Below are positions 1 to 9,787 of a DNA stretch of 64,000 nt, piece after piece (position 1 is the first letter of the stretch; each line of letters opens with the position of its first letter). Both the position numbers and the translations under genes were made by a program. The stretch lies in the sequence record NC_027399.1; one strand, 5' to 3'. Below the pieces are notes generated by a model. It did no database searches. It was not told where the DNA came from and worked only from the letters and a program-made list of their open reading frames with translations.

Positions 1-1520
1 CTTGCATTTGGTTTAGATGTTGGCAATGATACTGTATTTTTATAAGTAACTTTATCTTTATACATACTACCATCATCACTGAATACATCAGTGTTTTGAT
101 ATTTCCCGGTTGGGTCATTAATGTCAATGAATCGTGACTGACCACTATATATTCGGTTAATAGCTTTTGCTTTTTGAACCAAATTACCCTGACTTAATGG
201 TGCAATATCATAATCCTCACCATTGACAAATCGGTTTTGGGTGTAATATAATTGTGGAGCACGAGCTTTAATCTGTTCCAGAGTTTCAGCACTTTGTGCA
301 CGACTACTTTCGTACTGTAATGTAAATTTAACTTCAAGGATACTCTGTTCGTAGTTTGATTGTGCATTAGTTCTGTACTGATATTTTATACTTTTATTTT
401 GGATATCAGTTGTTTTAATACTGTATGTCATCCCATTACTAACACGATACCACGTTCTGAATGTTCCACGTGGAACAACACCACTTCTTGAATCAGGAAA
501 CTTAATACTAATTTGATCATTATCACGCGTGGTTACAGCGAAAATAGTTTGTTTTTTTCTGTCTACACTGTTATAAGCAACACTTTCCATTGCAGGAACT
601 TTAGTCCATTTGGTTCTTACTAAACCGTCCTGATTAATTTCTTGTACCCAAACATCTGTTTCATTAATATTATTAACATTAATATCCTGTAAACGATTTT
701 CAATACTCACACTATAATCGAAGTCTTGTTTAGAAAGTGTGCCTTGTTTGAAATAAACGAAAAATCCAGTATTGATTGAATTAAAACCATTACCATCATT
801 CTGATAAATGATATATTTTTGTTCTTGTGGTTCAGGATGGCGTTCATCGACACCAGAAGAGCTAATATCAGGGTTTACTACTTCAAATTTCATACTTTCA
901 CCATTTACGTTTGCACTAAATGGGATAGCTGGTGATTGCATTTGATTAGTATTCATTTTATACAAATGAGTACTCAACCCATTCACATTAGTTTTCTTAA
1001 CTGGATTGCCAAACTGGTTGGTACTCACAAAAACATTGTTCATAACCAGAATAAAGTTCTCGTACCAGTTAGGATCAGTAGGGTCATTCCATCTAATCGT
1101 TTTATCTTTAAGTGATTTATTAAAACTATTTCGTACATCCTGGTTTGTTTTTATTTCAGTGACTTTAGCTAATGCACGACCTGGATATGAACGCCTTGGA
1201 GCATAAGAGATCATTTTAGCAAGTTTAAGTACCGAAGCCCTGCGGGTTGCAGTATCCATAAAGTTTTCACGAGTGTTCATGTCCATACGAAATGCAAGGT
1301 TTTGACCAAGCATGGCAATCGTGTCCAGAATGAATAAAAATTCATCATTTGCAATCCAGTCATTGAATGTATCAGGATAGTTAGTACTAAGATAGTCAAC
1401 CATACTTTGACGTATACTATCGAAATCATATGAATTCAATGAAATTTGATAAAAACTTTCATATATTTGCGACCAGTCTTCACCAGCGTATAAATTAGAT
1501 TGTCTTCTTTGCTGAGACAT
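1..1520 (-). CDS. gp6: Baseplate wedge protein, T4 gp6-like (3' end runs off the window)
   Basis: Hand-translated from ATG at 1520: MSQQRRQSNLYAGEDWSQIYESF...SYDFDSIRQSMVDYLSTNYPDTFNDWIANDEF...LAFRMDMNTRENFMDTATRRASVLKLAKMISYAPRR, a typical gp6 N-terminus. Frame is open at both ends checked. Missing from the ORF track because no stop lies in the window. Confidence 0.85.
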   Translation of the reverse strand, partial: MSQQRRQSNLYAGEDWSQIYESFYQISLNSYDFDSIRQSMVDYLSTNYPDTFNDWIANDEFLFILDTIAMLGQNLAFRMDMNTRENFMDTATRRASVLKLAKMISYAPRRSYPGRALAKVTEIKTNQDVRNSFNKSLKDKTIRWNDPTDPNWYENFILVMNNVFVSTNQFGNPVKKTNVNGLSTHLYKMNTNQMQSPAIPFSANVNGESMKFEVVNPDISSSGVDERHPEPQEQKYIIYQNDGNGFNSINTGFFVYFKQGTLSKQDFDYSVSIENRLQDINVNNINETDVWVQEINQDGLVRTKWTKVPAMESVAYNSVDRKKQTIFAVTTRDNDQISIKFPDSRSGVVPRGTFRTWYRVSNGMTYSIKTTDIQNKSIKYQYRTNAQSNYEQSILEVKFTLQYESSRAQSAETLEQIKARAPQLYYTQNRFVNGEDYDIAPLSQGNLVQKAKAINRIYSGQSRFIDINDPTGKYQNTDVFSDDGSMYKDKVTYKNTVSLPTSKPNA

Positions 1521-1730
1521 ATATGTTATTCCTTTAAAATTATGTTGAATGTATTTTTAAAGTGCTGTATAAGTACTGAAATATGATTTTCATCATATCT
1601 AATTCTCAATAGTCATTCTTTATACACGTAATTATGTTTTCTAATGATTCATTATTACTTTGGTATTGTAAATTGATTCATTTAACCATATAAAATACTA
1701 TCCAGTACTATATTCTATGAAGATATTTAT

Positions 1731-1761
1731 AAAATAATAAAGGCTCCATATCGGAGCCTTT
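1731..1761 (-). terminator. Intrinsic terminator-like hairpin downstream of gp25
   Basis: AAGGCTCC-atatc-GGAGCCTT stem flanked by an A/T run, just past the gp25 stop. Confidence 0.6.
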
Positions 1762-1768
1762 AATGTTA

Positions 1769-2158
1769 TTATGAAACAACATAAGATGACATTTTATCAG
1801 TGTTTCTGTTATCAAATACCATACGAAGAGTTTCAACTGAATTTAGAATTACATACTTCAGTTGTAATTCAACTACATAACCGTAATCAATTTTTTCGGC
1901 CGCAATATTCAATAGTTCAACTCTTGGTTCTTCATACACAATTCTCCTACAGTCAGCTTCAATAAGATTGAGTGTGTTGTAGCTATCCAGTGAGAAGATT
2001 AAATCCCAACCAATAAACCCGTAGTTAGCATCAAATGCTCTCTCTCCTTTTCTGGTATTGAAGTGATTGAGAAGGTCTTGACGAATCAATTCTTCATTGT
2101 ATAATGTTTTTGTTCTACCCTGTGATGGAGTAGAGAATCCTTTAAAAACAACAGCCAT
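1769..2158 (-). CDS. gp25: Baseplate wedge subunit, gp25-like
   Basis: LIRQDLLNHFNTRKGERAFDANYG...EEPRVEL pattern of the gp25 family; next to gp6. Confidence 0.85.
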   Translation of the reverse strand: MAVVFKGFSTPSQGRTKTLYNEELIRQDLLNHFNTRKGERAFDANYGFIGWDLIFSLDSYNTLNLIEADCRRIVYEEPRVELLNIAAEKIDYGYVVELQLKYVILNSVETLRMVFDNRNTDKMSSYVVS

Positions 2159-2172
2159 ATATTAATTTCCTG

Positions 2173-2661
2173 TTATGCAGCAGATTCGACGATTTTAGCC
2201 ATTTTATCTGCACGAGATGTAGTTTGACGATACCACAGTGAATCACGCATCTGACGTCCTGCTTCTTTATAATCAGCACGACCTAAAGCAGCAAGTGCTT
2301 TTTTGAAGTTAAGCACTTTTGATTTACCCATTTGAAATACCATTAGCCATAGAACACGCTGTACGCTCTCTGGAGCAGTCATACCGAATTGTTGATAGAT
2401 TGCCTTAGCATCATTGTATGCTTGCTTAGCGTCCTTCAGGAGCAGTGCATCAGCCTCTTTTTCAGTTAGTCCGTTTTTAAAGTTCTCGTCTTTTAAAACC
2501 AGATGACCATAACCAATAGTATCTAGACCTAAACTGTCTTTGTATACCCAGAATTTGTTATTTTTAAAATAACCAAGTTTAGACTGATACGCGATAGTAC
2601 CTTCAAACTCTTTGACTTCAGTAAAAAACTGTTTATCATCACTAGAAATAGACCAGCCCAT
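2173..2661 (-). CDS. T4-lysozyme-like (GH24) muramidase, free-standing
   Basis: E-F-E-G...YKDSLGLDTIGYGHL, MVFQMG and DSLWYRQTTSRA motifs; paralogous to the gp5 C-terminal domain in this window. Confidence 0.9.
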   Translation of the reverse strand: MGWSISSDDKQFFTEVKEFEGTIAYQSKLGYFKNNKFWVYKDSLGLDTIGYGHLVLKDENFKNGLTEKEADALLLKDAKQAYNDAKAIYQQFGMTAPESVQRVLWLMVFQMGKSKVLNFKKALAALGRADYKEAGRQMRDSLWYRQTTSRADKMAKIVESAA

Positions 2662-2697
2662 ATTTTTACCTCTTTTACTTAAATTTACTTGACTTTG

Positions 2698-2705
2698 TAT
2701 TTATA
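2698..2705 (-). promoter_or_regulatory. T4-type late promoter (TATAAATA)
   Basis: Exact TATAAATA on the minus strand 37 nt upstream of the lysozyme ATG; a gp55-like sigma is encoded in the window. Confidence 0.65.
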
Positions 2706-2771
2706 TTAGAGTACATTTGTGTAGTAAAAATATTTGAATACTAAAAGTTGTTAATTATTTAAGGTGTTTAA

Positions 2772-3194
2772 ATGAGATATGATGTTATAAATGATGTTAG
2801 ATCTGTTTCTGTGGTTAATAAAAAGTACTTCTATAAACCAAAAGGTAAAAACAATAAGAAGTATGAAACCATGATTGATGAATACGGAACAGAAGTGATT
2901 TGTAGTGATGTACCACTTGATTTACCAGAATTATCATATGAATACAATTCTTCAATTGAATACAATGGTGTTGAATTTATTTATAGAACGTATATTCGTG
3001 ATAATTATGAAATAGAAGATGATGTAATATACAGACGTATGACAGATTACACTGAAATGGATGAAGATGAGCTATTCCAGTACTCATTGGTATTCGAGAA
3101 TGATAATTTTTCATTTCATGATGCAGTTAAAATACAAAAATGGTTAATTATGAGATATCGTGTTGTTAATACCACGATTAATGTGGATTTATAA
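2772..3194 (+). CDS. Hypothetical protein
   Basis: 140-aa ORF with AAGG upstream; no recognised motif. Confidence 0.6.
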   Translation: MRYDVINDVRSVSVVNKKYFYKPKGKNNKKYETMIDEYGTEVICSDVPLDLPELSYEYNSSIEYNGVEFIYRTYIRDNYEIEDDVIYRRMTDYTEMDEDELFQYSLVFENDNFSFHDAVKIQKWLIMRYRVVNTTINVDL

Positions 3195-3205
3195 GAGAGA
3201 TTATA

Positions 3206-3664
3206 ATGCCTGGAAAACCAGAGAAAATTTATGACAATACAGAATTAACCATTATACTGAAAAATGTAAACAATTACAAGAATCTAAGTCCAGAAGCAAG
3301 GGAGATATTCAAAGAAACGAATATCAAGTACAAACCGAGCGGTGCTGAAAGACCCTATGATATGGATCATATTTACTATATGATTAGAGTTCTAACTGAG
3401 GTGTCACTTGATTCAGTACGAAAGAGTTTAATTCTAAGGACAGGTGTCGTATTATCTAACAAGTCAATACAAAGATATAAGCGTGTTGTAATAGAAGTAT
3501 CAAAAGCATTGTTATGTACACACAGAAATGGTATTGCTTTGCATATCAAAAAAGAAGAAGGAAAACACTATTTGACAGATCAACAAAGTTCCAGATTGAA
3601 CACTTTAAGGAAAAAGGGTGTCCCTATTGAGGACATGATAAATTACCTACAGAAACTGCTCTAG
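3206..3664 (+). CDS. Hypothetical basic protein, possibly DNA-binding, directly upstream of the repeat locus
   Basis: 152-aa Lys/Arg-rich ORF with GAGAG RBS-like signal; function inferred from composition and position only. Confidence 0.55.
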   Translation: MPGKPEKIYDNTELTIILKNVNNYKNLSPEAREIFKETNIKYKPSGAERPYDMDHIYYMIRVLTEVSLDSVRKSLILRTGVVLSNKSIQRYKRVVIEVSKALLCTHRNGIALHIKKEEGKHYLTDQQSSRLNTLRKKGVPIEDMINYLQKLL

Positions 3665-3783
3665 CCCAGTATTCATGCGGGTTGTAGGAATTAGGGACAC
3701 CTTTTTGTGTGTTTTTTTGATGCAGTGTCCCTAATTCAGACCAAGAACCCAGTATTCATGCGGGTTGTAGGAATTAGGGACAC
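3665..3783. repeat. Exact 36-bp direct repeat (x2) with an internal inverted half-copy
   Basis: CCCAGTATTCATGCGGGTTGTAGGAATTAGGGACAC at 3665-3700 and 3748-3783; GTGTCCCTAATTC at 3725-3737 is the reverse complement of the repeat's last 13 nt. Confidence 0.95.
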
Positions 3784-4080
3784 TCTATTATTAAATTCAT
3801 ACTTTTTCCTGTCCTTAATTCAATAGGTCGCTACGCTCAAATATTGATCTTCGTCACTCCGTTCCTCGATCAATATTAAAATCGGCAATTTGCGTTTTGT
3901 TCTCGATTCGCAAGCGAACCAATCACAAACCCGCAGCGAATTGCGAATCTCCCTTCGGTCAGTCAGTAATACTGCTTTTGGGAGAAAGCAACTCTCGGAG
4001 TGATGAAAAACGAATTCCATTCGGCTCATGAAAAACCAACGAATAGTCGGTTCTGTTGAATTACTTGAATTATAATTGTC

Positions 4081-4386
4081 TGTATTCACTTCTAAGGAGT
4101 TTTATACACTTCCTTAGTGGTTCTATGTCTTAAACAAGAAAACACATCAGAATGCGATACAGGAATTCTCGTAGCTATTATCAAAGCAGTTACTATCCAT
4201 TGTAATATCTGCTCCATTAAAAGGACGCCCAATTCAGTACTGAAAAACTTTTGTGAGTAAGTCATTTCAAACTGATTAATTTAAGGACACCCATTTAAAT
4301 TAACTGTATCCACTTCTAAGAAGTTTTATACAATTCCTTAGTGGTTTTATGTCTTAAACAAGAAAACGCCTCAAAATGCGATACAG
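4081..4386. repeat. 82-bp imperfect direct repeat (x2)
   Basis: 4081-4162 versus 4305-4386: 75/82 identical by hand alignment. Confidence 0.9.
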
Positions 4387-4445
4387 AGCGTTTTATGTGG
4401 TGTTACAGAAATAACAAAAGGAGCACAAGGCTCCCTTTGTTATTA

Positions 4446-7106
4446 TTACTGACATGCCTCAAGACGACGTGCCATAAACTCAGCACGTCTTGTTGTTTGA
4501 CCATACCATGCAGAGTTGCGAATGTGTGCTGCTGCCAGGCGATAGTTTCCCTGTGCCATAGCACCAAGCATACCCGTAAATTGTTGTACGCCCCCTTTAC
4601 CCATCTGGAATACCATCTCGACTAGTACAAGTTGAGCCATATATGGTGTTTTCATCTTATAAGATGCATAGATAGAACTTGCATCGTTGATTGCCTTTGT
4701 ACTATCACGAACCAACATTGCATCAGCTTGTTCTTCAGTAATACCTGAACTGAAGTTTTCACCACGTAATACTAGGTGTCCATAACCAATAGTTGGGAAT
4801 CCTCTACTATCAGTATAAGTCCAGAATTTATCATTTCTAAAGTACCCTTTTGCTTGTTGATATTGTTTAGTACCTTCAAACTCTTTGAGTTCTGGCATTA
4901 ATGTAGAATCACCTGGTTTGATTTGCCAATCCACCGCAGTTTTATCTACTGTACCAATATTCATTTCTTGTGGGGAGTAATTAACCACTGTACTGCTTTT
5001 TGATGTTCTTGGTCGTCTAACCGGAACATGACGAGACCCACGTTGTGCATAACCAGAACCAATTGTTTGTATCTTGGTACTAACAACCAGTTCATTACTA
5101 TCATTACCAGACACCACTACTGTGTTAGATGATGTTTCTTTAGTAGCTTTACCTTGTATTAGTGTTTTATTTGCACATTCTGAACCCGTACCAGTTTGGG
5201 TAGCATAGAATAGACCAGGATCTACCGTACCACTAAAACCATATAAATTGGCTGAATCGACGCGAATTTCAAATTTCAAAATACCACTTGCAGTACCAAT
5301 TTCTTGTCCTTTTTGTACTACATCTTTACTATACAATGAAGTTTTCAAACCATAAAATACTGATTTATACCCAGAATTATGTACAATATACACTGCATTA
5401 TTATATATACCAACTGTACCGGCATCAGGTGCAACTACAGTAGAATTACATTGTATTTCCCAGCCATTATGATCTGTTGTACTTCCTTTATTATCAGTTA
5501 TATTTTTACCCCAATACCCGTACTGACGAATAATACCATTACATGGCATTAACATGTGAAGACCTTCATATGTTTGGGAATAACCATTCATACCAGTGTC
5601 AGTCATTAAATCTTGTGTCTGCACTTGAGATGTTTCTGGGGCGTATGAGATGAACTGTACGGCCTCCTGTTGTTGAGCCTGTACCACCTGTGGCTGGACG
5701 TCATTAGCAGGTTGTGGATGTACTGGTGCCGTAGTTGAACCACTCCCTGAACCATTGTAACCTGTATCTACGGTACTACCATGATTTGATGCATCCTGCC
5801 AGTTTGAAATATTATGAATATGTTCATTAAGTCCAGCATTTGGTGTTTTAAAGTCCGGTGCCATGAATTCAGCAGTACCCTTATTACCTGAAGCATCAAC
5901 TGTAAGATTCTGTCCACCACCACTGATATTAGTGGATGAATCACCGATGATGTTAGCAGTTGAACCTTTCATGGAAACATTACTACCCGCAGTCACATCA
6001 GTACTACTACCGCTTTGTAAACGTAAAGAAGCAGCCGTCACCAATCGTAAATCTGCACCACTATTGATAACTACTTGTCCTTCTATTTTAGAATCCAATG
6101 AACCAAGTAATTCAAGTTTAGTATTACCACTAATACGAGCATTAAGATCCTGTCCAGTTTCTATATTACATGATCTACCAGCAACCATATTAATATCCTG
6201 ACCAGCACGAATGTTAATATTTTTATCGCAGTGAATATTAATATCTCCATCACCGGTAAATGATATACGAGCAGTACCATCACGATTGATTAATAAAATA
6301 TCACCAGTTGCCTCAGATAACATCAACTGAGCACCACTACGAGTACGCAAAACAATACCTTCATTGGTTCTTGCTCCCACCCTGGTATCATTCACTGGGT
6401 TATTGAATTGTGTATCCTGATAAGTATCTGGATCATCATCCCATGAAGGAACATTAAGTTCATCATCGGTATATCCATCATCTAGTACAAAACTATTACC
6501 CCTTGGTGTACTCATACCATATACTGTACTAATCATTTGTCTGGTACTACTTCTGTTAGCTACACCAGCTTCTTTGTCGTATAAAAGGTTTTGTTTTTTT
6601 AAACCTTCAACGATAGGAACATTGACATATTTTTCATTTTGATCAGTACTGATGGTATTTCTGTCATAATCGGTAACTGGTAATGGAGAATCTGTACCAC
6701 TATATTGTGATGTAGTGGAAGTTGCCATACCTGGAACCATTGTGTTCATTCGTTGTTCGTATATACAACCAATCCAGTAAGCTTCATGTGATCTACCCTG
6801 AATGAATATAACAATTACTGGACAGCCTACATCGGGAGGTACCGCCCAGAATCCATAACCTTTTGGATACTGACCGTATGCATCAGCACTCGGTACACCT
6901 GGGGTTTTACCTGCAAATGGAGACATATAAGAACATTCAATCCATGATTTCTTATCGTCTCGTTCACTTTGTGAACCCTGAACCCATACTTTAATTTTAC
7001 CACTCATAGTAGGATCTCGGTTGTCCATAACAATCGCTACCTGTGGATAAGCTGGGTCAAAACGACCCAACTGTTCTTTTGCATACTGTTTACTTGTATC
7101 TACCAT
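4446..7106 (-). CDS. gp5: Baseplate hub/central spike, gp5/VgrG-like, with a degenerate M23-like domain and a C-terminal lysozyme
   Basis: N-terminal OB-fold (DNRDPTMSGKIKVW...GYGFWAVPPDVGCPVIVIF), beta-helix spike repeats, M23-like segment, C-terminal GH24 domain (ELKEFEG...DSRGFPTIGYGHL). Confidence 0.85.
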   Translation of the reverse strand: MVDTSKQYAKEQLGRFDPAYPQVAIVMDNRDPTMSGKIKVWVQGSQSERDDKKSWIECSYMSPFAGKTPGVPSADAYGQYPKGYGFWAVPPDVGCPVIVIFIQGRSHEAYWIGCIYEQRMNTMVPGMATSTTSQYSGTDSPLPVTDYDRNTISTDQNEKYVNVPIVEGLKKQNLLYDKEAGVANRSSTRQMISTVYGMSTPRGNSFVLDDGYTDDELNVPSWDDDPDTYQDTQFNNPVNDTRVGARTNEGIVLRTRSGAQLMLSEATGDILLINRDGTARISFTGDGDINIHCDKNINIRAGQDINMVAGRSCNIETGQDLNARISGNTKLELLGSLDSKIEGQVVINSGADLRLVTAASLRLQSGSSTDVTAGSNVSMKGSTANIIGDSSTNISGGGQNLTVDASGNKGTAEFMAPDFKTPNAGLNEHIHNISNWQDASNHGSTVDTGYNGSGSGSTTAPVHPQPANDVQPQVVQAQQQEAVQFISYAPETSQVQTQDLMTDTGMNGYSQTYEGLHMLMPCNGIIRQYGYWGKNITDNKGSTTDHNGWEIQCNSTVVAPDAGTVGIYNNAVYIVHNSGYKSVFYGLKTSLYSKDVVQKGQEIGTASGILKFEIRVDSANLYGFSGTVDPGLFYATQTGTGSECANKTLIQGKATKETSSNTVVVSGNDSNELVVSTKIQTIGSGYAQRGSRHVPVRRPRTSKSSTVVNYSPQEMNIGTVDKTAVDWQIKPGDSTLMPELKEFEGTKQYQQAKGYFRNDKFWTYTDSRGFPTIGYGHLVLRGENFSSGITEEQADAMLVRDSTKAINDASSIYASYKMKTPYMAQLVLVEMVFQMGKGGVQQFTGMLGAMAQGNYRLAAAHIRNSAWYGQTTRRAEFMARRLEACQ

Positions 7107-7117
7107 TATTATTTCCT

Positions 7118-9451
7118 TTAATTGGTATCAGAATTAGAATTTGATGTAGAATCTGAACGTTTTAATGCACGAACTACTAATGCTGCCTGAAGTTGTTGTG
7201 TAAATGAACCACCATTAGAGAACGTACTAACTACTTTATTAACTCTATAAAAAGAACTATTAAAAATTGTTGGGGTACTTACATCCAAAATACCGGTATT
7301 ATCATTAATAGAAACAACTGGTTTAATATTAAGTAAAAGATATGCTTCAGTATCCAGATAGTTAGCATAATAAAAATCATCAACATCCAATGATATTTCT
7401 TGTCCATCCTGAACAATTTGTTTAATGTATTTTAAAAAAGAATAATCACTCCATCCCAACCAGTAAGGATCTCCAACAACTTTCATGTCAAGATTCATTA
7501 GAAAAGGGCGAACATAATAATTATCACGCATGTTACGCCTAACCATTTCTTCTGAACTACTATTATCATTAACGGAAGCACTTGTGGTAGTGTAGTTATT
7601 CTCTGCTTCAGTAGGAACTGCGTAAATTAAATTATCACGAGTGGTAATATTACCAGTATCGCTTCCAGTACCACTGTGCTCAGATGAAACGTTGTCATTG
7701 TAATCTTCTACGTATTCTCGGTTAACTTGAACTTTGAAGTTATTAAGTTCATCCTGTTCTTCTTGTGCTCCAACTTTTTGTAATGGAATAAGTGATTCAT
7801 TAACTTTTTTAACGAATTGTTTTTGTTCATCTGTTAATACAGTACCAAGTTTTTCTTTTGTTTTTAAATCATAAGCAACTTCCCATGCATCCGGTAGTGT
7901 TTTGTACTGAACACCGTCCAGAATAAACGGAGTACTGGCATGAGTACCACCAATATTTTTAGTGTCTTGTATTGGTGTGGGGTTACGTGTTGTAGCAACA
8001 AAAAACTGTTGATCGAATTTTAAATCTAAATTTAAAATTTCCTGGTTAAGACCCGTAAAATGATAATTATAAGTTTTCGCTTTTATTTTTGTTTTGTTAT
8101 CACTTGGATCTATATATTTCTTAGCCTCATTAAAAAATGTTTCAAAATTAAATCTTTCTTTTTCCAAATCTTTCTCATGAACAATATCACCGAGTTTATA
8201 TGGTAAAATATTAAAAATAACTTTATATACAGTAGTATTTCGATATGGATCAAACCCCACATATTCCTGTACTGGAATGATATTAACAAATTGACGAACA
8301 CTTTGTACATCTGCTGGATTACCACAGTTATCAAGTACATCATCGATTATTCTTGAAATTGGTGTACTGGCATTCCATGACAAATACTTTGAACCTTGTT
8401 GACCTGTACTTGTCTTACCTACTTCGGAACTTTGTTTAGAATCATAATTGATATATAAATCTTTAAGAGAAGGAGTGACTCTTAATTCAAAGAATTTTTG
8501 ATCAGAAAGTTCACTAAACAATGGGACAAGATAACCATATTGTCTCATTGACATTTCATTTAATTTATCTTCTAAATCAGCACATAATTCGTCAAAATAT
8601 GCAGCAGTGCAGTTATATTGTTCTTTTAGTGTCCATGAATTATTATCAATTAAACTTCTTGTGTTAGCCACTAATTGCATATTGTATTTCATTACGCTAC
8701 CAGTTTGAGAAGCCTGTGCCAGTACTTTAATCATACGAACCGACCATTTTCTGGTAATATCAGGAATAACTGTTGGTGCTCCATCTTTATATCCAATAAA
8801 TTTTAATTCGAGAATAAGAGGTACATCACCAAATTTCTTATAGCCAAGTTTGTTGCTTAATACAATTAATGTATCATATAAACTCATACTATTATTTTCA
8901 GTAACAGAAATTTCATATGTATTAGAACTATAACAAGTGGTTAAACCTGGAGAAGCTGGAACTGCGTTAGTAATTTTAACATCAGTAATACTATAATTAG
9001 AGGTAACACCACTTTCAGCAATAATATATTCTTGTGATTCCCAGTTTGGCTCTTTGTTAAACATTTTGAAATCATCCGGTGATAATGCATAAAGGGAAAA
9101 ATGCCATGTGTAATTATCATACTGTAATAGAACATTTTCATAATTAACTACATAGTCATTAAAATCTTTTCCATAAAATACACCATCTAATGGTCTATCT
9201 GTGCCATTATTTTCTGGTTGTGGGTTCGCCGCAAATTTGTTATTACTAATAGCACTAACATCATTTTTAAAAGAATTTACTTTATTTTGTAATATAGAAG
9301 AAATGTCTTTTGTAGCACTACTTTCGGATGTTGTAGTACTTGTTGAGTTTGATACACTGCTTGTAGTACTACTTGATGCTGTTTTAGCTTGTTCTACATC
9401 ATCAGCAAATGTTTGTGCTTGTTTTGCTAGATTACTTAAATTGAATGCCAT
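7118..9451 (-). CDS. Putative baseplate hub structural protein
   Basis: 777 aa between gp53-like and gp5 genes; C-terminal MKVVGDPYWLG...YRVNKVVSTFSNGGSFTQQL resembles hub (gp27/VgrG-type) C-termini. Confidence 0.55.
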   Translation of the reverse strand: MAFNLSNLAKQAQTFADDVEQAKTASSSTTSSVSNSTSTTTSESSATKDISSILQNKVNSFKNDVSAISNNKFAANPQPENNGTDRPLDGVFYGKDFNDYVVNYENVLLQYDNYTWHFSLYALSPDDFKMFNKEPNWESQEYIIAESGVTSNYSITDVKITNAVPASPGLTTCYSSNTYEISVTENNSMSLYDTLIVLSNKLGYKKFGDVPLILELKFIGYKDGAPTVIPDITRKWSVRMIKVLAQASQTGSVMKYNMQLVANTRSLIDNNSWTLKEQYNCTAAYFDELCADLEDKLNEMSMRQYGYLVPLFSELSDQKFFELRVTPSLKDLYINYDSKQSSEVGKTSTGQQGSKYLSWNASTPISRIIDDVLDNCGNPADVQSVRQFVNIIPVQEYVGFDPYRNTTVYKVIFNILPYKLGDIVHEKDLEKERFNFETFFNEAKKYIDPSDNKTKIKAKTYNYHFTGLNQEILNLDLKFDQQFFVATTRNPTPIQDTKNIGGTHASTPFILDGVQYKTLPDAWEVAYDLKTKEKLGTVLTDEQKQFVKKVNESLIPLQKVGAQEEQDELNNFKVQVNREYVEDYNDNVSSEHSGTGSDTGNITTRDNLIYAVPTEAENNYTTTSASVNDNSSSEEMVRRNMRDNYYVRPFLMNLDMKVVGDPYWLGWSDYSFLKYIKQIVQDGQEISLDVDDFYYANYLDTEAYLLLNIKPVVSINDNTGILDVSTPTIFNSSFYRVNKVVSTFSNGGSFTQQLQAALVVRALKRSDSTSNSNSDTN

Positions 9452-9460
9452 AATAACCTC

Positions 9461-9787
9461 TTATTGGACGTTTCTCGAAGTCCCAAGATACGTTTGAATT
9501 CTTTGTGGTGTGGGTACTTTAATAACTAAACCACTTTTAAAATTATAAATTGGATCTTCACCTAATAAATCTGGATTAAGAAGTGCAAAAATATAATACA
9601 AACGTTCATTGCCGTATAATTCATATGATAATCTCCACGGCTGTTCATCGTATTTGGCAGGAATTTCGTAATCCTGATCACTATCCGCCGCCACCATATC
9701 TCTTGGTAAATTATAATCCAGATACCATGTCTTTTCAGTCTTTGCATAAGGAGAAAATTGACTTGGACTTGCATTAGAATTAGACAT
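9461..9787 (-). CDS. gp53: Baseplate wedge protein, gp53-like (LysM-like)
   Basis: YEIPAKYDEQPWRLSYELYGNERLYYIFALLNPD...DPIYNFKSGLVIKVP. Confidence 0.75.
   Translation of the reverse strand: MSNSNASPSQFSPYAKTEKTWYLDYNLPRDMVAADSDQDYEIPAKYDEQPWRLSYELYGNERLYYIFALLNPDLLGEDPIYNFKSGLVIKVPTPQRIQTYLGTSRNVQ

Noticed and set aside
3665-3783. 36-bp repeats with a 47-bp spacer as a mini CRISPR array
   Set aside because: Only two repeats; the spacer contains an inverted part of the repeat itself and T runs; no cas genes nearby.
3820-4625. ORFs 3820-4089 and 4341-4625 as genes
   Set aside because: Non-ATG starts, atypical composition, and overlap with repeats or the antisense strand of gp5.
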